Below, piece after piece: positions 1 through 11,970 of a stretch of DNA of 41,345 nt. The translations under genes and the position numbers were made by a program. Below the pieces are notes generated by a model. The model had not been told where the DNA came from. It did not search any database and saw only the letters and a program-made list of their open reading frames with translations. This DNA is from Octopus bimaculoides. Taxonomy: Eukaryota. The stretch covers positions 51,544,176 through 51,585,520 of the forward strand of contig NC_068994.1 in the NCBI RefSeq assembly GCF_001194135.2. The letters are read 5' to 3'. Numbering within the stretch: position 1 is the first letter of the stretch; every line of letters begins with the position of its first letter.

Positions 1-57
1 TATACATATATATATATATATATGTATGTATGTATATGTGAGCATGTGTACATGTAA

Positions 58-95
<38 letters not shown>

Positions 96-110
96 AAACA
101 TATGCAAACA
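1..110. repeat. (TA)n/(CA)n compound microsatellite, representative of dozens across the window: (TA)n, (CA)n, (CT)n, (ATC)n, (ATT)n, (ACT)n, (AAC)n
   Basis: Directly visible, e.g. 4645-4690 (ACT)n, 5300-5330 (GAT)n, 7025-7065 (ATT)n, 25185-25245 (AAT)n, 28061-28120 (TA)n. Confidence 0.97.
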
Positions 111-1313
111 CACAGAGAAACATTCCAAAGTGCAGAGATATTGAAAGATAAAGTAAGTCAAAAATACCTACTTCTTATGCTGTTTAGCTGAACAGTAAGA
201 ATGAAAACCTCCACGTCGTCAAAATTAATTAGTCAAACCAAACCCGTGGTTATAATCAATGAAAATAATAATAGACTCTTCCTTACCTGTAAAAGAAAAG
301 AAAAAAAACAAAGATAAATCAATATTTCATGTGAATATGTGAATGTTTGTTATGAAATTGTTGTCTTTAGTTCATTTTTAAACTGCAACAATTAATAGTT
401 ATAACAATATTAGTTGTCATTGTTGAAATCGTAGTAGCATTTTTTTTTTTAAATATTCATTTCAAATTTTGGCACAAGGCCAGTAATTTCAGGGGAGAGG
501 ACTTGCAGAAAATACCAATTCTATTTTTTGGTAGGTATTTAACATCATGTGGCGTGTTGTCTCCTTGACCAAAATGCTTTGTTTCACATCACTCCAGTCT
601 ACTCAGATTCCCAATAGGAGCATTTTAAACTTGAAATGTTAAAGAAAGGGAGGTAACCTAAGTGGGGGATCAGTCTAACATACCACCCACTTTTAAAACA
701 CCACCATGTTTCTGGCCTTGGGTACGTTTGTGTTTACTCTGCTGTGAAAACTAGGAACATTTAACAGATAGCCCAGCCAATTTCTTCCTCCTTCACAATT
801 TTGTTTGCATTTTTTTTAATGTTTCATTTTTTGTTCATTATAGCTGTGTTAAAGTTGGAGATTGATTAAGTCCTAACTGCCTAAGTGGGGGCAGGGACCT
901 GCGAAAGCCATTAGCATTGCCCTGCCCTTTACCTCTCTTGGCTAACCATTATTTAAATACTCCACAATGCATTTGGGAGAAGAGGGGAGGAGACCTGTCA
1001 CTGTATAACACAAGCAGATTTAAAAACGACTGATATAAATTATAACCTGCCTAATAAATAGTTTGGCTTAATAAATCATTCTAAGAGAGAGTTTCAAAGT
1101 GGATATGGTCATAAATAATAACATCAAGTAACATATTAAGTTGAGAAACCTTTGGATTGACAAAAACATTAAAAAAAAAAAATTGAAGGCTATCCACAGA
1201 GCATGAACCAATAACTTATGTAGCCAAGGCCCACAAGTAACCTTCAACCTTTTTTTTTTTTTAAACATCCAAAGGTACTTTTTAAATCCTTGGATGGAAT
1301 TTATAATGAGCTA

Positions 1314-2067
1314 NNNNNNNNNNNNNNNNNNNNNNNNNNNNNNNNNNNNNNNNNNNNNNNNNNNNNNNNNNNNNNNNNNNNNNNNNNNNNNNNNNNNNNN
1401 NNNNNNNNNNNNNNNNNNNNNNNNNNNNNNNNNNNNNNNNNNNNNNNNNNNNNNNNNNNNNNNNNNNNNNNNNNNNNNNNNNNNNNNNNNNNNNNNNNNN
1501 NNNNNNNNNNNNNNNNNNNNNNNNNNNNNNNNNNNNNNNNNNNNNNNNNNNNNNNNNNNNNNNNNNNNNNNNNNNNNNNNNNNNNNNNNNNNNNNNNNNN
1601 NNNNNNNNNNNNNNNNNNNNNNNNNNNNNNNNNNNNNNNNNNNNNNNNNNNNNNNNNNNNNNNNNNNNNNNNNNNNNNNNNNNNNNNNNNNNNNNNNNNN
1701 NNNNNNNNNNNNNNNNNNNNNNNNNNNNNNNNNNNNNNNNNNNNNNNNNNNNNNNNNNNNNNNNNNNNNNNNNNNNNNNNNNNNNNNNNNNNNNNNNNNN
1801 NNNNNNNNNNNNNNNNNNNNNNNNNNNNNNNNNNNNNNNNNNNNNNNNNNNNNNNNNNNNNNNNNNNNNNNNNNNNNNNNNNNNNNNNNNNNNNNNNNNN
1901 NNNNNNNNNNNNNNNNNNNNNNNNNNNNNNNNNNNNNNNNNNNNNNNNNNNNNNNNNNNNNNNNNNNNNNNNNNNNNNNNNNNNNNNNNNNNNNNNNNNN
2001 NNNNNNNNNNNNNNNNNNNNNNNNNNNNNNNNNNNNNNNNNNNNNNNNNNNNNNNNNNNNNNNNNNN
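1314..2067. other. Assembly gap (N-run). Other gaps: 3306-3712, 6359-6368, 12712-12891, 14383-14392, 15533-15571, 16528-16656, 19537-20170, 21929-22490, 26680-~27436, 38658-38697
   Basis: Runs of N seen directly; most are flanked by (TA)n, (CA)n, (CT)n or poly-T, typical of a short-read draft scaffold. Confidence 0.98.
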
Positions 2068-2579
2068 GTGTGTGAGGAAGTGTAATGGTGGTGGTGGTGG
2101 TGGAGATGTACCGGTGGTGATGGTAGAATGGGTACGGGGGGGTGGGGTGAAATTGTGGAGGAATGATGGTATAGTGGTGGTGTGTCTTAGTTTCAGGGGG
2201 GAGGGTGTTGCTAGTTACACTCCCTCCCCCCCACCACCACATAACTCCATTTTAAACTATTTTTTGTTATCAACACACAAAGGTTTTTTTGATAACACAA
2301 CCACAATGTCACAACATTTTCGGTGGAGGAAGGGAGCAGGAGTGGAGCCTATCGACTCTAGGACTCTAGTACGCGAGACTCATACTTATTTCTTCTAGAC
2401 TGACTCTTGAAAGGTAAAAGACAAAGTCAAATCTATCATCCATTGCCCTCACAATAATAGTGACGATGATGATGATGATGATGATGATTCTAACATGAGC
2501 TCAAGCCTGAAACTTTTGATAAGAGGAAGCTTAGTCAGTTAACTAGATCACCCCCAATACTTGATTAGTACATTTTAGG

Positions 2580-2710
2580 AGAACAGAATGGAGTAAGTGA
2601 AGCAAGAACACACACAAAAATGAAAAGTGTTGCTGAAGAGGTCACAGATGTGTGGTGACGAAAGACTTCTGGACAATGAACATGAGTTAAAATAATAAAA
2701 TAAGGACAGT
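2580..2710 (+). mobile_element. Repeat fragment with hammerhead-ribozyme-like core; possible Penelope-like element terminal-repeat remnant
   Basis: CTGAAGA (2633-2639), hairpin GTCAC-agatgtgtg-GTGAC (2641-2659), GAAA (2660-2663); homologous diverged copy on the minus strand at ~40068-40200. Penelope assignment is inference. Confidence 0.5.
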
Positions 2711-2825
2711 AATAAACAAGTGAAGAAATATATATATATATATATATATATATAGTGTGTGTGCTTATTTGGAAAAAAATAATATTAAAATGACCTTCAT
2801 GAAATACAACACTATATATATATAT

Positions 2826-3175
2826 TCTTTTATTCTTTTACTTGTTTCAGTTATATGACTGCAGCAATGCAGTCATATTCTATCAGGACTTATTCTATCA
2901 GTCTCTTTTGCCAAACTGCTAAGTTATGGGGGATGTAAACACACCAGCATCAGTTGTGAAGCGATGGTGAAAGAACAAACACAGACACACAAACATATAC
3001 ACATACATATATACGACTAGCTTCTTTTAGTTTCCGTCTACCAAATCCACTCACAAGGCTTTGGTCAGCCCGAGGCTTTAGTAGAAGACATTTGCCCAAG
3101 GTGCCATGCAGTGGGACTGAACCCGGAACCATGTGGTTGGGAAGCAAGCTTCTTACCACACAGCCATGCTTGTGC
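2826..3175 (-). mobile_element. SINE family B (tRNA-headed, CORE-like body, internal microsatellite; resembles octopus OR1-type SINE), near full length
   Basis: Minus strand reads GGCTGTGTGGTAAGAAGCTTGCTTCCCAACCACATGGTTCCGGGTTCAGTCCCACTGCATGGCACCTTGGGCAAATGTCTTC... and ends ACTGAAACAAGTAAAAGA; GGTTCAGTCCC is B-box-like and CCTTGGGCAA is CORE-like; more than 10 copies in the window. OR1 naming is from memory. Confidence 0.85.
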
Positions 3176-4643
3176 TTCTGCACATAACAGATACGAGAAA
3201 AAGAGGTAGGGTTAGAATTAGATAGGTGGATAGGTAGATATGTAGGTAGATAGAACAAGATATGACAGTGCTTAAATAAATAAGATAAACGTGTGTATGC
3301 GTGTGNNNNNNNNNNNNNNNNNNNNNNNNNNNNNNNNNNNNNNNNNNNNNNNNNNNNNNNNNNNNNNNNNNNNNNNNNNNNNNNNNNNNNNNNNNNNNNN
3401 NNNNNNNNNNNNNNNNNNNNNNNNNNNNNNNNNNNNNNNNNNNNNNNNNNNNNNNNNNNNNNNNNNNNNNNNNNNNNNNNNNNNNNNNNNNNNNNNNNNN
3501 NNNNNNNNNNNNNNNNNNNNNNNNNNNNNNNNNNNNNNNNNNNNNNNNNNNNNNNNNNNNNNNNNNNNNNNNNNNNNNNNNNNNNNNNNNNNNNNNNNNN
3601 NNNNNNNNNNNNNNNNNNNNNNNNNNNNNNNNNNNNNNNNNNNNNNNNNNNNNNNNNNNNNNNNNNNNNNNNNNNNNNNNNNNNNNNNNNNNNNNNNNNN
3701 NNNNNNNNNNNNTTTTGATGATTCAAGACAATATACAGAAGTTCTGGAATATTTTCTGCAGTTGGAAACATTGTGAGTAGATGGTGAGAGAAGGGGGGTG
3801 GGGAAGAAAAGAAGGGGGAGAGAGAAAGAGGGAAAGGGAGAAACATTGTGCGTTCTGATATTTATTTAGATTCATATGTTTATGCCTGCAGACATACGGA
3901 AGTATATACAGACATAAGTACACTATTTATATTAGTGAGTATATACACATATATACACATGCATTTACACTTTCATATATACTTATCTGATATATATATA
4001 TATATATGCAAACATACATCCACATATATATGTATATATATATACACACATCAAACCATGCCAGCATGGAAAACGAACGTTAAATGATGATGATGATGAT
4101 GATGACAATGGTGATACATCCAAATATATGTATACATATATCTACACACACATATATACATACATATATCCACATGCATATGCATACATATATCCAAATA
4201 TATATGCATACATATATCCACACACACACACACACACATATATATACACACACACAAGATACATGCAAGCAGGTACACAGGACATGTATAGATATGCCTT
4301 GCTATATCCTTCTAATGATAGGATTAGTTACAATTATAACACACACACACAAAACCTTACCACAAGCAAACACCTACCTATAACACACACACACACACAC
4401 ACAGAGGTTAATAGGAAAACAGTTACCACAAAAACAAACAAAACAACAAAAAAACCTCATCCAAAATGCACCCATCAAGGTAAAGTCATAAATATCAAAG
4501 TAAACAGTCAGATCTGAGGGAAGTTTTATGATGGTCTGTGCAAGCAATTAGTGAATATAAATACTTGGAAAGTAGAATGGTAAATTGGTTTGCTGGAAAA
4601 TTCTGAAAGGTTTCAGGGAGTAGATTTCATCATAGTATGTTAG

Positions 4644-4688
<45 letters not shown>

Positions 4689-4807
4689 TTACCACTACAT
4701 TGTTATCCTCATCTTTGTCATTATTTTGTTTTTTCTTTCTTTCTTTCTTTTTTTTTTACTTCATCTGCTTTTATTTCCTTATTACCAATGGGTAATATGG
4801 AGGTGAT

Positions 4808-4995
4808 AAATAGCTTAGTGGTTAAGGGTGTTGTACTTAGGATGATAAGACTGTGGTTTCAGTTCTTGGGCAGGGCAATGTGATGTGTTCTTGAGCGAAA
4901 CGTTTCATTTCACATTGCTCCAGTCCACTCAGCTGGCAAAAACAAGTTATCTTGTGATGGACCAGCATCCCATCCAGGGTGGATACATATGCCAC
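4808..4995 (+). mobile_element. tRNA-headed SINE (family D), degenerate
   Basis: A-box-like TAGCTTAGTGGTTAAGGG head; 3' GATGGACCAGCATCCCATCCAGGG; related heads at ~10190-10275 (-), ~15420-15500 (-), ~34075-34130 (+), ~36560-36720 (+). Confidence 0.6.
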
Positions 4996-5070
4996 AGAAT
5001 CTAGGAAACTGGCCTTATCAGCCTATAGTTTCCAAGTGAGCTTTGACCCTTTTTTTTTAAATGTATAATG

Positions 5071-5298
5071 GCACGTAAAAAGCACCATCCGAACATGATC
5101 ATTGCCAGGCCCACCTCATTGGCCCCTCTGCCAGTGGCACATAAAAGCACCCAGTACACTCTCGGAGTGGTTGGCATTAGGAAGGGCATCCAGCTGTAGA
5201 AACTCTGCCAGACCAGATTGGAGCCTGGTGCAACCCTGGCTCTCCAGACCTCAGTCAAACCGTCCAACCCATGCCAGCATGAAAAACGGACATTAATC

Positions 5299-5331
<33 letters not shown>

Positions 5332-5332
5332 A
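5071..5332 (+). mobile_element. Family C non-autonomous retroelement/LINE 3' end with (GAT)n tail (RTE-associated type)
   Basis: GGTTGGCATTAGGAAGGGCATCCAGCTGTAGAAAC...CCAACCCATGCCAGCATGAAAAACGGACATTAA then (GAT)n. Other copies: ~9715-10050 (-), ~19151-19495 (-), ~24340-24530 (-), ~33243-33470 (-), 41225-41345 (-); isolated tails at ~4050-4100 and ~10320-10370. RTE link is inference from the GGATGCCCTTCCT motif. Confidence 0.8.
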
Positions 5333-5719
5333 AGATGGGTCTACAAGAACAACAACTATTACACAAATAAATGCAAATAACCACAAACATGTTATCTCCC
5401 TTGCTGCCTCATGCAAGCACTCTGTGTGTGTGTGTGTGTGCGTGTGTGTGTGTTTGAGAGAGAGAGAGTGTGTGCTCATGCACACACATTTACACATCAT
5501 CATCATCATCATTGTATGAAGTCCATATATTATATGTACGACTGTATCCATGTAGATTGAGAATGTCCGCGTGTATGCATTTTATAATGTTGGCTGAGTG
5601 CATATGACATGAAATTTTGAGTAGCAACAAAGGGAATCATTAACTGATTCCTAATAAACATAAACTCTACAACATGAATAAAGTACTTTCCCTAACAAAC
5701 AAGATAATATATCTATATA

Positions 5720-5762
<43 letters not shown>

Positions 5763-6250
5763 ATTTATGCATGCATGCACAATTATTATAGCTATTTTAT
5801 GTTGTCATGTTTGCTTTTGTCATTGTCCTGTACATTCGTTAGCTAGCTATTCCCAGGGACTTTTTGCCAGTGGCACCACTGAGAGTGAACAATATCAAGA
5901 ATAAAAGGCACACAATTGTTAGGATCTTTTGGACACTGACTGACAAGGAATTAGCTTCGGATTTTCCGTTTATGTTTTTGTAAAATTTTCCATTTGCTCT
6001 GTTTTTGTTAAATCTTCAAACTTGTATATATATGTATGTGTATATACATATATATATATATATATTTAAGCAATGATAAATCTCTGAGTGAAGTATAAAC
6101 AGTAGCTGCATGACATCATGAAGTATATTTGCCACCTAAATGTGGCTAACCCTTAAGGGTTGATGCTACTGTAGCTTGTAGCCCCAGGAAGACTTCTCCT
6201 CTGGCTGGATTTTGACACACTATCTGGAAAAAGTATATATATATATATAT

Positions 6251-6743
6251 TCTTTACTCTTTTACTTGTTTCAGTCATTTGACTGTGGCCATGCTGGAGC
6301 ACCACCTTTTAGTCGAGCTAATCGACCCAAGGACTTATTCTTTGTAAGCCTAGTACTTNNNNNNNNNNTGTGGCCATGCTGGAGCACCACCTTTTAGTCG
6401 AGCTAATCGACCCAAGGACTTATTCTTTGTAAGCCTAGTACTTATTCTATCGGTCTCTTTTGCCGAAAAGCTAAGTTACGGGGTCGTAAACACACCAGCA
6501 TCGGTTGTCAAGCGATGTTGGGGGGGACGGACAGACAGACACACACACACACACACACATATAAATATATTCATATATACGACAGGCTTCTTTCAGTTTC
6601 CGTCTACCAAATCCACTCACAAGGCTTTGGTTGGCTTGAGGCTATAGTAAGAAGACACTTGCCCAAGGTGCCACGCAGTGTGACTGAACTCGGAACTATG
6701 TGGTTCGTAAGCAAGCTACTTACCACACAGCCACTCCTACGCC
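6251..6743 (-). mobile_element. SINE family B, full length, split by a 10-N gap
   Basis: Same diagnostic head and tail as 2826-3175; 75 bp are duplicated across the gap. Confidence 0.85.
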
Positions 6744-7034
6744 TATGTAGAAAATTCAATTAACTGCTACCGTCAACCTAATCAAATGTAATAAAAACAC
6801 TGCAGCAATAATTTCTTTCGATGTTGTGGCTATCAATGTTGTTGTTGTTGTTGTTGTAACTTACCTTACTTAGATTTAAAATCTATTTCCGTTCCATTTA
6901 TTTTTTTTCAGCATTTTAACATGAATTTTCTCAAAGACATTATCAATCAATACAACCACCACCACCACCACCACTAATTATAATTATCGCTACTATTATT
7001 CCCAATTTCAGGTCTTGTACCTTTAGTAGAAAAG

Positions 7035-7066
<32 letters not shown>

Positions 7067-7067
<1 letters not shown>

Positions 7068-7260
7068 GGCGAAATGATTAGCAGTATTTCGCCTGTTGGT
7101 ACGTTCTGTGTTCAAATTCTGCCGAGGTCAACTTTACCTTTCATCCTCCCGGGGTCGATAAATATAAGTACCAGTTAAACGTGGGGGGGGGGCGATGTAA
7201 TCGACTCATCCCCTCCCGCAAAATTGCTGTCCTTGTGGCAAAATTTGAAACCATTATCGC
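7067..7260 (+). mobile_element. SINE family A (tRNA-derived; central GTCGACTTTGCCTTTCATCCTTTCGGGGTCGATAAA-type domain; (ATT)n/(ATC)n tail)
   Basis: GTTCTGTGTTCAAATTCTGCCGAGGTCAACTTTACCTTTCATCCTCCCGGGGTCGATAAAATATAAGTACCAG, flanked by (ATT)n and (ATC)n. Other copies/fragments: ~455-530 (-), ~7288-7370 (-), ~9270-9330, ~11520-11620, ~11810-11935, ~15643-15955, ~20770-20870, ~22545-22745, ~26180-26280, and the 29-31 kb array. Confidence 0.85.
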
Positions 7261-7466
7261 CATCATCATCATCATCATCATTATTATTATTACTATTGTT
7301 TCAAATTTTGGCACAGAGCCAGAAGATTTTGAGGGGAGGGGGTATGTCGATTACATCTTTTATTCATGCACCATGTGTATTTGATCCTACTTTGTCCAAT
7401 GTAGCATCCAACATTATCAGCTTCTTCCATTGTTATTGTGTGTGCATGTGTCTGTGTGTCTCCGTG

Positions 7467-7500
<34 letters not shown>

Positions 7501-8045
7501 ATGCATGTGTGTGCATGCACATGTGATTATTTCTTTACTTTTTTGTCACAATCAGATACAACGAAATATAGGGCAAGAGGTGAAAGTAAGGATGTTACGC
7601 ATGATTATGTGTGTGTGTGTGTGTATGTATGAGTACGTGGGTTTATATCTGTATATGAACGTGTTGTTATGTATGTGTATGTATGTTCACCTGTATGTAT
7701 GCACATACAGGTAGGCATGTGTGCATGTATGTAATTTCATGCATTAGCAGATCTCATGCGTGCACACATTCATGTATGCACATGTATACACACACACTCA
7801 CACAAATACATGTTTGCATGTTAGTGTATGCGTGTCATACATGTGCATAAGCATTAGTGTGTGTGTGTGTGTGTACGTATTTATTTATACACACATAATT
7901 ACATATGCATGCTAATCAGTATGAACCTAAAATTAAAAGGAAAAGAACAAAGACGGATTTTACACACACACACACACATGCACACATATACACAAATGTA
8001 TATATATGTATATATATACATGCATTACGTGTGTGTGTGTGTGTA

Positions 8046-8078
<33 letters not shown>

Positions 8079-8334
8079 ATAAACAGAAACACATACATGC
8101 TCTTCTCTTCACCATTAATCTCAACTCCCCCTCCCCCACACCTGCACTTCCATTTCACGTTGAGACAGGATATGAATTCTACAATGGAACAGCAGAGGGG
8201 GGAAGGGGGTGGGAGAAATTAGAGGGGAGAAGTCAGGGAGGGGTGGATGATGATGATGATGATGATGATGACGATGACATGGGAACAAATCAGATTGAAT
8301 TTGATGCTGTTACTGTTGCTAATACTGCTGCTGT

Positions 8335-8365
<31 letters not shown>

Positions 8366-8644
8366 ACTATTGTAGCTATTTTTGTTTCAGTTGTTGTTGT
8401 TGCTGCTGCTGCTGCTATTCTTGCTTTTGTTGTTGTTTTTTAAGTGTTCTTGTTATGGTTTTTTTTCTTTTCTTTGTTTCTTTTTTGTTTTTTATTGTTC
8501 GAACTTTTGTTAAGAAGGCGACTGTTTTCTTTCGAATTTATTTAACAGGATTAAAAGCAATCAGAAAGAAGTGTAATATTGAACTCTTCAACAGCAACAA
8601 CGACAACACTGATGATGACGATGATGATGACAGTGAAGGACAAC

Positions 8645-8678
<34 letters not shown>

Positions 8679-8987
8679 GTAGCTGCTGCGTCTTCAATGT
8701 TCTTTTTACTTTTTCTCTTTTCATTCACAATATCAGCTGCTGTTTCCCACACAAAGATAAACAAGCCTATATATGCAGTCGCACTAAAAAAAAACACACA
8801 CACCCACACTCATTACATATTCATCACATTGTGCCATGGCAGTACAATCAGATATTTCTATGTTTGTTGTTGTTGTCGTTTGAAATTCATTCCTCCACCC
8901 ACTTTCGCATCAAGCAAGTGCAAGGACACTGCGGTATGCAAGTCCTGATCGGCCCCGATTTTTGGCAGACATTGTGCACCTAAGCTA

Positions 8988-9120
8988 CATGTCATCTGTA
9001 GGTTGTACCATTTCATCTGGTGGTTGAACCATTCCATCAGGAGATTGTGCCTCATTTCCTCTGGCACGTGAAACATTTCATCTGGAGTCTGTATCATTTC
9101 ACCTGGTGGTCGTACCATCT
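8988..9120. repeat. Degenerate 21-bp minisatellite, 6 units (consensus ~CATTTCATCTGGTGGTTGTAC)
   Basis: Units start at 8988, 9009, 9030, 9053, 9074, 9095; 2-nt insertion between units 3 and 4. Confidence 0.85.
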
Positions 9121-9384
9121 TATATTTTACTTGTTCATGTCTTTTTTACTAGTTTCAGAATTTCGGGGTTTTTTCCATTTTTTTTTTTTTTTTTTGCCAT
9201 GAAAGTATTGAACAGGTACAATCATTAGAGTATTAGATAGAATATCTCATAGTATTTGTTAACACTCTGTGGCTTGAGTTCAAATCCCACCAAGGTCAAC
9301 TTTGCCTTTAATCTTTTTGAGGTTGATACCAAAGAATTACCAATTCTGGGCAGTGAATTGGTAGAACTTTTAGATCAGGAAAGA

Positions 9385-9455
9385 TGCTTTGCAGAATCTG
9401 TTCCAAGCTCTTTGCATTCTGACAGCAATGCCTGCAATGATACTGGCATCAAAGT
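9385..9455 (-). pseudogene. Short degenerate LINE ORF2 remnant (RTE-like)
   Basis: Minus frame IIAGIAVRMQRAWNRFCKASFLI* resembles the post-RT RI..AW..F segment of RTE-type ORF2; short, so weak support. Confidence 0.35.
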
Positions 9456-10396
9456 GCATTAGGCCTACATCAGGGGCTTTTCCCCTAGATAGACATTGCG
9501 TCTCTGATTACACCACAACTTCAACTAACAATACCGCTAATGCTAACTTTCACCGGCACATCTACCAGGCCCACCCATAAGCAGGTTTAATGCCATTATT
9601 GTTTGGTGCAACCAGGATATGGTCAACAGTTGTTTTAATGAAATACACTCCAGTTCATATAAGCACGGAAAAGTGGACATACAACGATGATGAGATCTTT
9701 TTTTTTTTTTATTCATATAATTTCTGCTTTCCATGCTGACATGGGTTGGACGGTCTGACAGGAGCTAGCCAAGCAGAAGACTGCACCATGCTTCACTGTC
9801 TGTTTGGCATGCCTTTCTTAACACTGACCACTCTGCAAAGTGAATTGAATGCTTTTCATGTGGCACCAGCACGAGCAAGGCCAGTTTTGGCATGGTCTTT
9901 TACAACTGAATGCCCTTCCAAACACCAACCACTTTACAGTGTGGACTGGATGCTTTTTACGTGGCACCAGCACAGGCAGGGTAGCACCAGCACCGGCAGG
10001 GTGGAACCGACACTATTGCACTGTACTGACAAGAGTACTGGCTGTTGTTATAGCCACTGGTCATAATGTGCTTCTTCACATTGTTACAGCTTTCAAATGA
10101 TATGACTCCAGCGGCTACGATGGCAGGCCAACCGTCCACTTGCAGTGGAATGTCAGTCCATTGCAGGGCCACCCATTTACAGGTGTAAAGAGAAATGAAG
10201 TGTTTTGCTGGTCTGGGAATCGGAACCACAACCTTACGACCATGAGTGCAACGCCCTAACCACTAAGCCACACATCACACACACACACACACACACATAC
10301 AAGTACACGTATACATATATGTCCAACCCACATCAGCATGGAAATCAAATGTTTAACAATGATAATGATGGATATGTGTGTATGTGTGGGTGAGTG

Positions 10397-10434
<38 letters not shown>

Positions 10435-11204
10435 ATCATACACATACATACACTCATACAAACCTTCTGCATGCACCACCCCCAACACGCACCACCCCCA
10501 ACACGCACACACAAATTTCTTTGACAAATTCTATTAAGGAAACCAAACAAGTTTTATAAGAGTCATTGTCTTTCATTTCTTTTTTTTTAAAAAGCAAATA
10601 TAGGTATATTTTATGAGTATGCTTTTGCCTCTGTGCGTGTATAGGTGTGTGTGTGTGCACATTCCACAAAAGAAGTTATACACCCTATCCCAAACTTTAC
10701 TCAACTGATGCTGGCGAAGGTGGTGGAGGTGGTAGTGGTGAAAAGAAAGAAGAACGAGGGTGGAGGAAAGTAGGGAGGGCTACAAATGAGTCATGAGAAG
10801 CATCAGACTTTTAAGAGGGGAATGAGGTGTGTTTTAAAAAAAAGAAACACAACTAAAATATAGAATACACACACACACACACACAGATATATGTCTATGC
10901 ACTTGTGAAAGTCGGTATATACACCTGGTTGTGCATGTGTTCAGGTGCATGTGAAGCATAAGACTGACTGTTATTGATGTTACTCAACACTATAAAAAAT
11001 AATAATAATAAAGAATTAATGGTTATGGAGTATGTTCCACCACAAACAAGCTGGTCATCTTTCCTCTCACCATCTTCCTTGTTAAGAATACTTCTCTGTC
11101 TGTCTGTGTCTCTGTCTCTCTCAGTAGCAGATGTACAGACAGACACTAATAAATACTAAAACATATATGAACTTAAAAGAACTACGCAACACAATTTACT
11201 ACAT

Positions 11205-11450
11205 ACATCATCGTGGCACTTTGTCGGTTACGACGACGGGGGTTCCAGTTGATCCGATCAACGGAACAGCCTGCTCGTGAAATTAACGTGCAAGTGGCTG
11301 AGCACTCCACAAACACATGTACCTTTAATATAGTTCTTGAGGAGATTCAGCGTGACACAGTGTGACAAGGCTGGCCCCTTTGAATTACAGGTACAACAGA
11401 AACAGGAAGAAAGAGTAAGAGAAAGTTGTGGTGAAAGAGTACAGCAGGGC
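11205..11450 (+). mobile_element. Repeat family E (internal hairpin GTTGATCCGATCAAC), unassigned SINE or non-autonomous retroelement
   Basis: A clearly homologous reverse-complement copy lies at ~34145-34295. Confidence 0.75.
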
Positions 11451-11618
11451 TTGCCACCACCTCCCTCCGGAGCATGTGGTTGGGAAGCAAACTTCTTACC
11501 ATACAGCCATGCCTGCACCCAGGGTCGATTAAACAAGTACTGGTTACACACTGGGGCTCGATGTAATCGACTTAATCCCTTGCTCCAAATTTGAGGCCTT
11601 GTACTTCCAGTAGAAAGG

Positions 11619-11650
<32 letters not shown>

Positions 11651-11970
11651 CATCATCAAGTTGTTGTAGTAGAAGACTGACTTCACCTGTCTTCCTTCCA
11701 ACAATGAGGAAGTGAGTACCAGTAATACGGTAATGTCAGGTCGATTGACTTGCACTCGAACCGTACACATTTGTGGCACTGGCACCAACATCATTTACTC
11801 CATTATTTATGCTCTGAGTTCAAATTCCTCCAAGGTTGACTTTGCCTTTCATCCTTTCAGTGGGGTTAATAAAATAGCCACCAGTCAAGCAATGGGGTCC
11901 ATGTAATCGACTTAATCTTCTCCCCAACATGTCAGAACTACTACTACTACTACTACTACTACTGTTATTA

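Noticed and set aside
1290-3846. Long ORFs of 141-313 aa in the track here, and similarly at 12607-13138, 19380-20270, 21849-22598 and 26511-27609
   Set aside because: They run through N-gaps (poly-X) and are not real reading frames.
4051-4517. His/Thr/Tyr/Ile/Cys/Val-rich and homopolymer ORFs throughout the window
   Set aside because: Translations of (CA)n, (TA)n, (ATC)n and (ATT)n microsatellites.
6284-6443. Perfect 75-bp direct repeat (6284-6358 / 6369-6443)
   Set aside because: The copies flank a 10-N gap inside one SINE; most likely an unmerged contig overlap.
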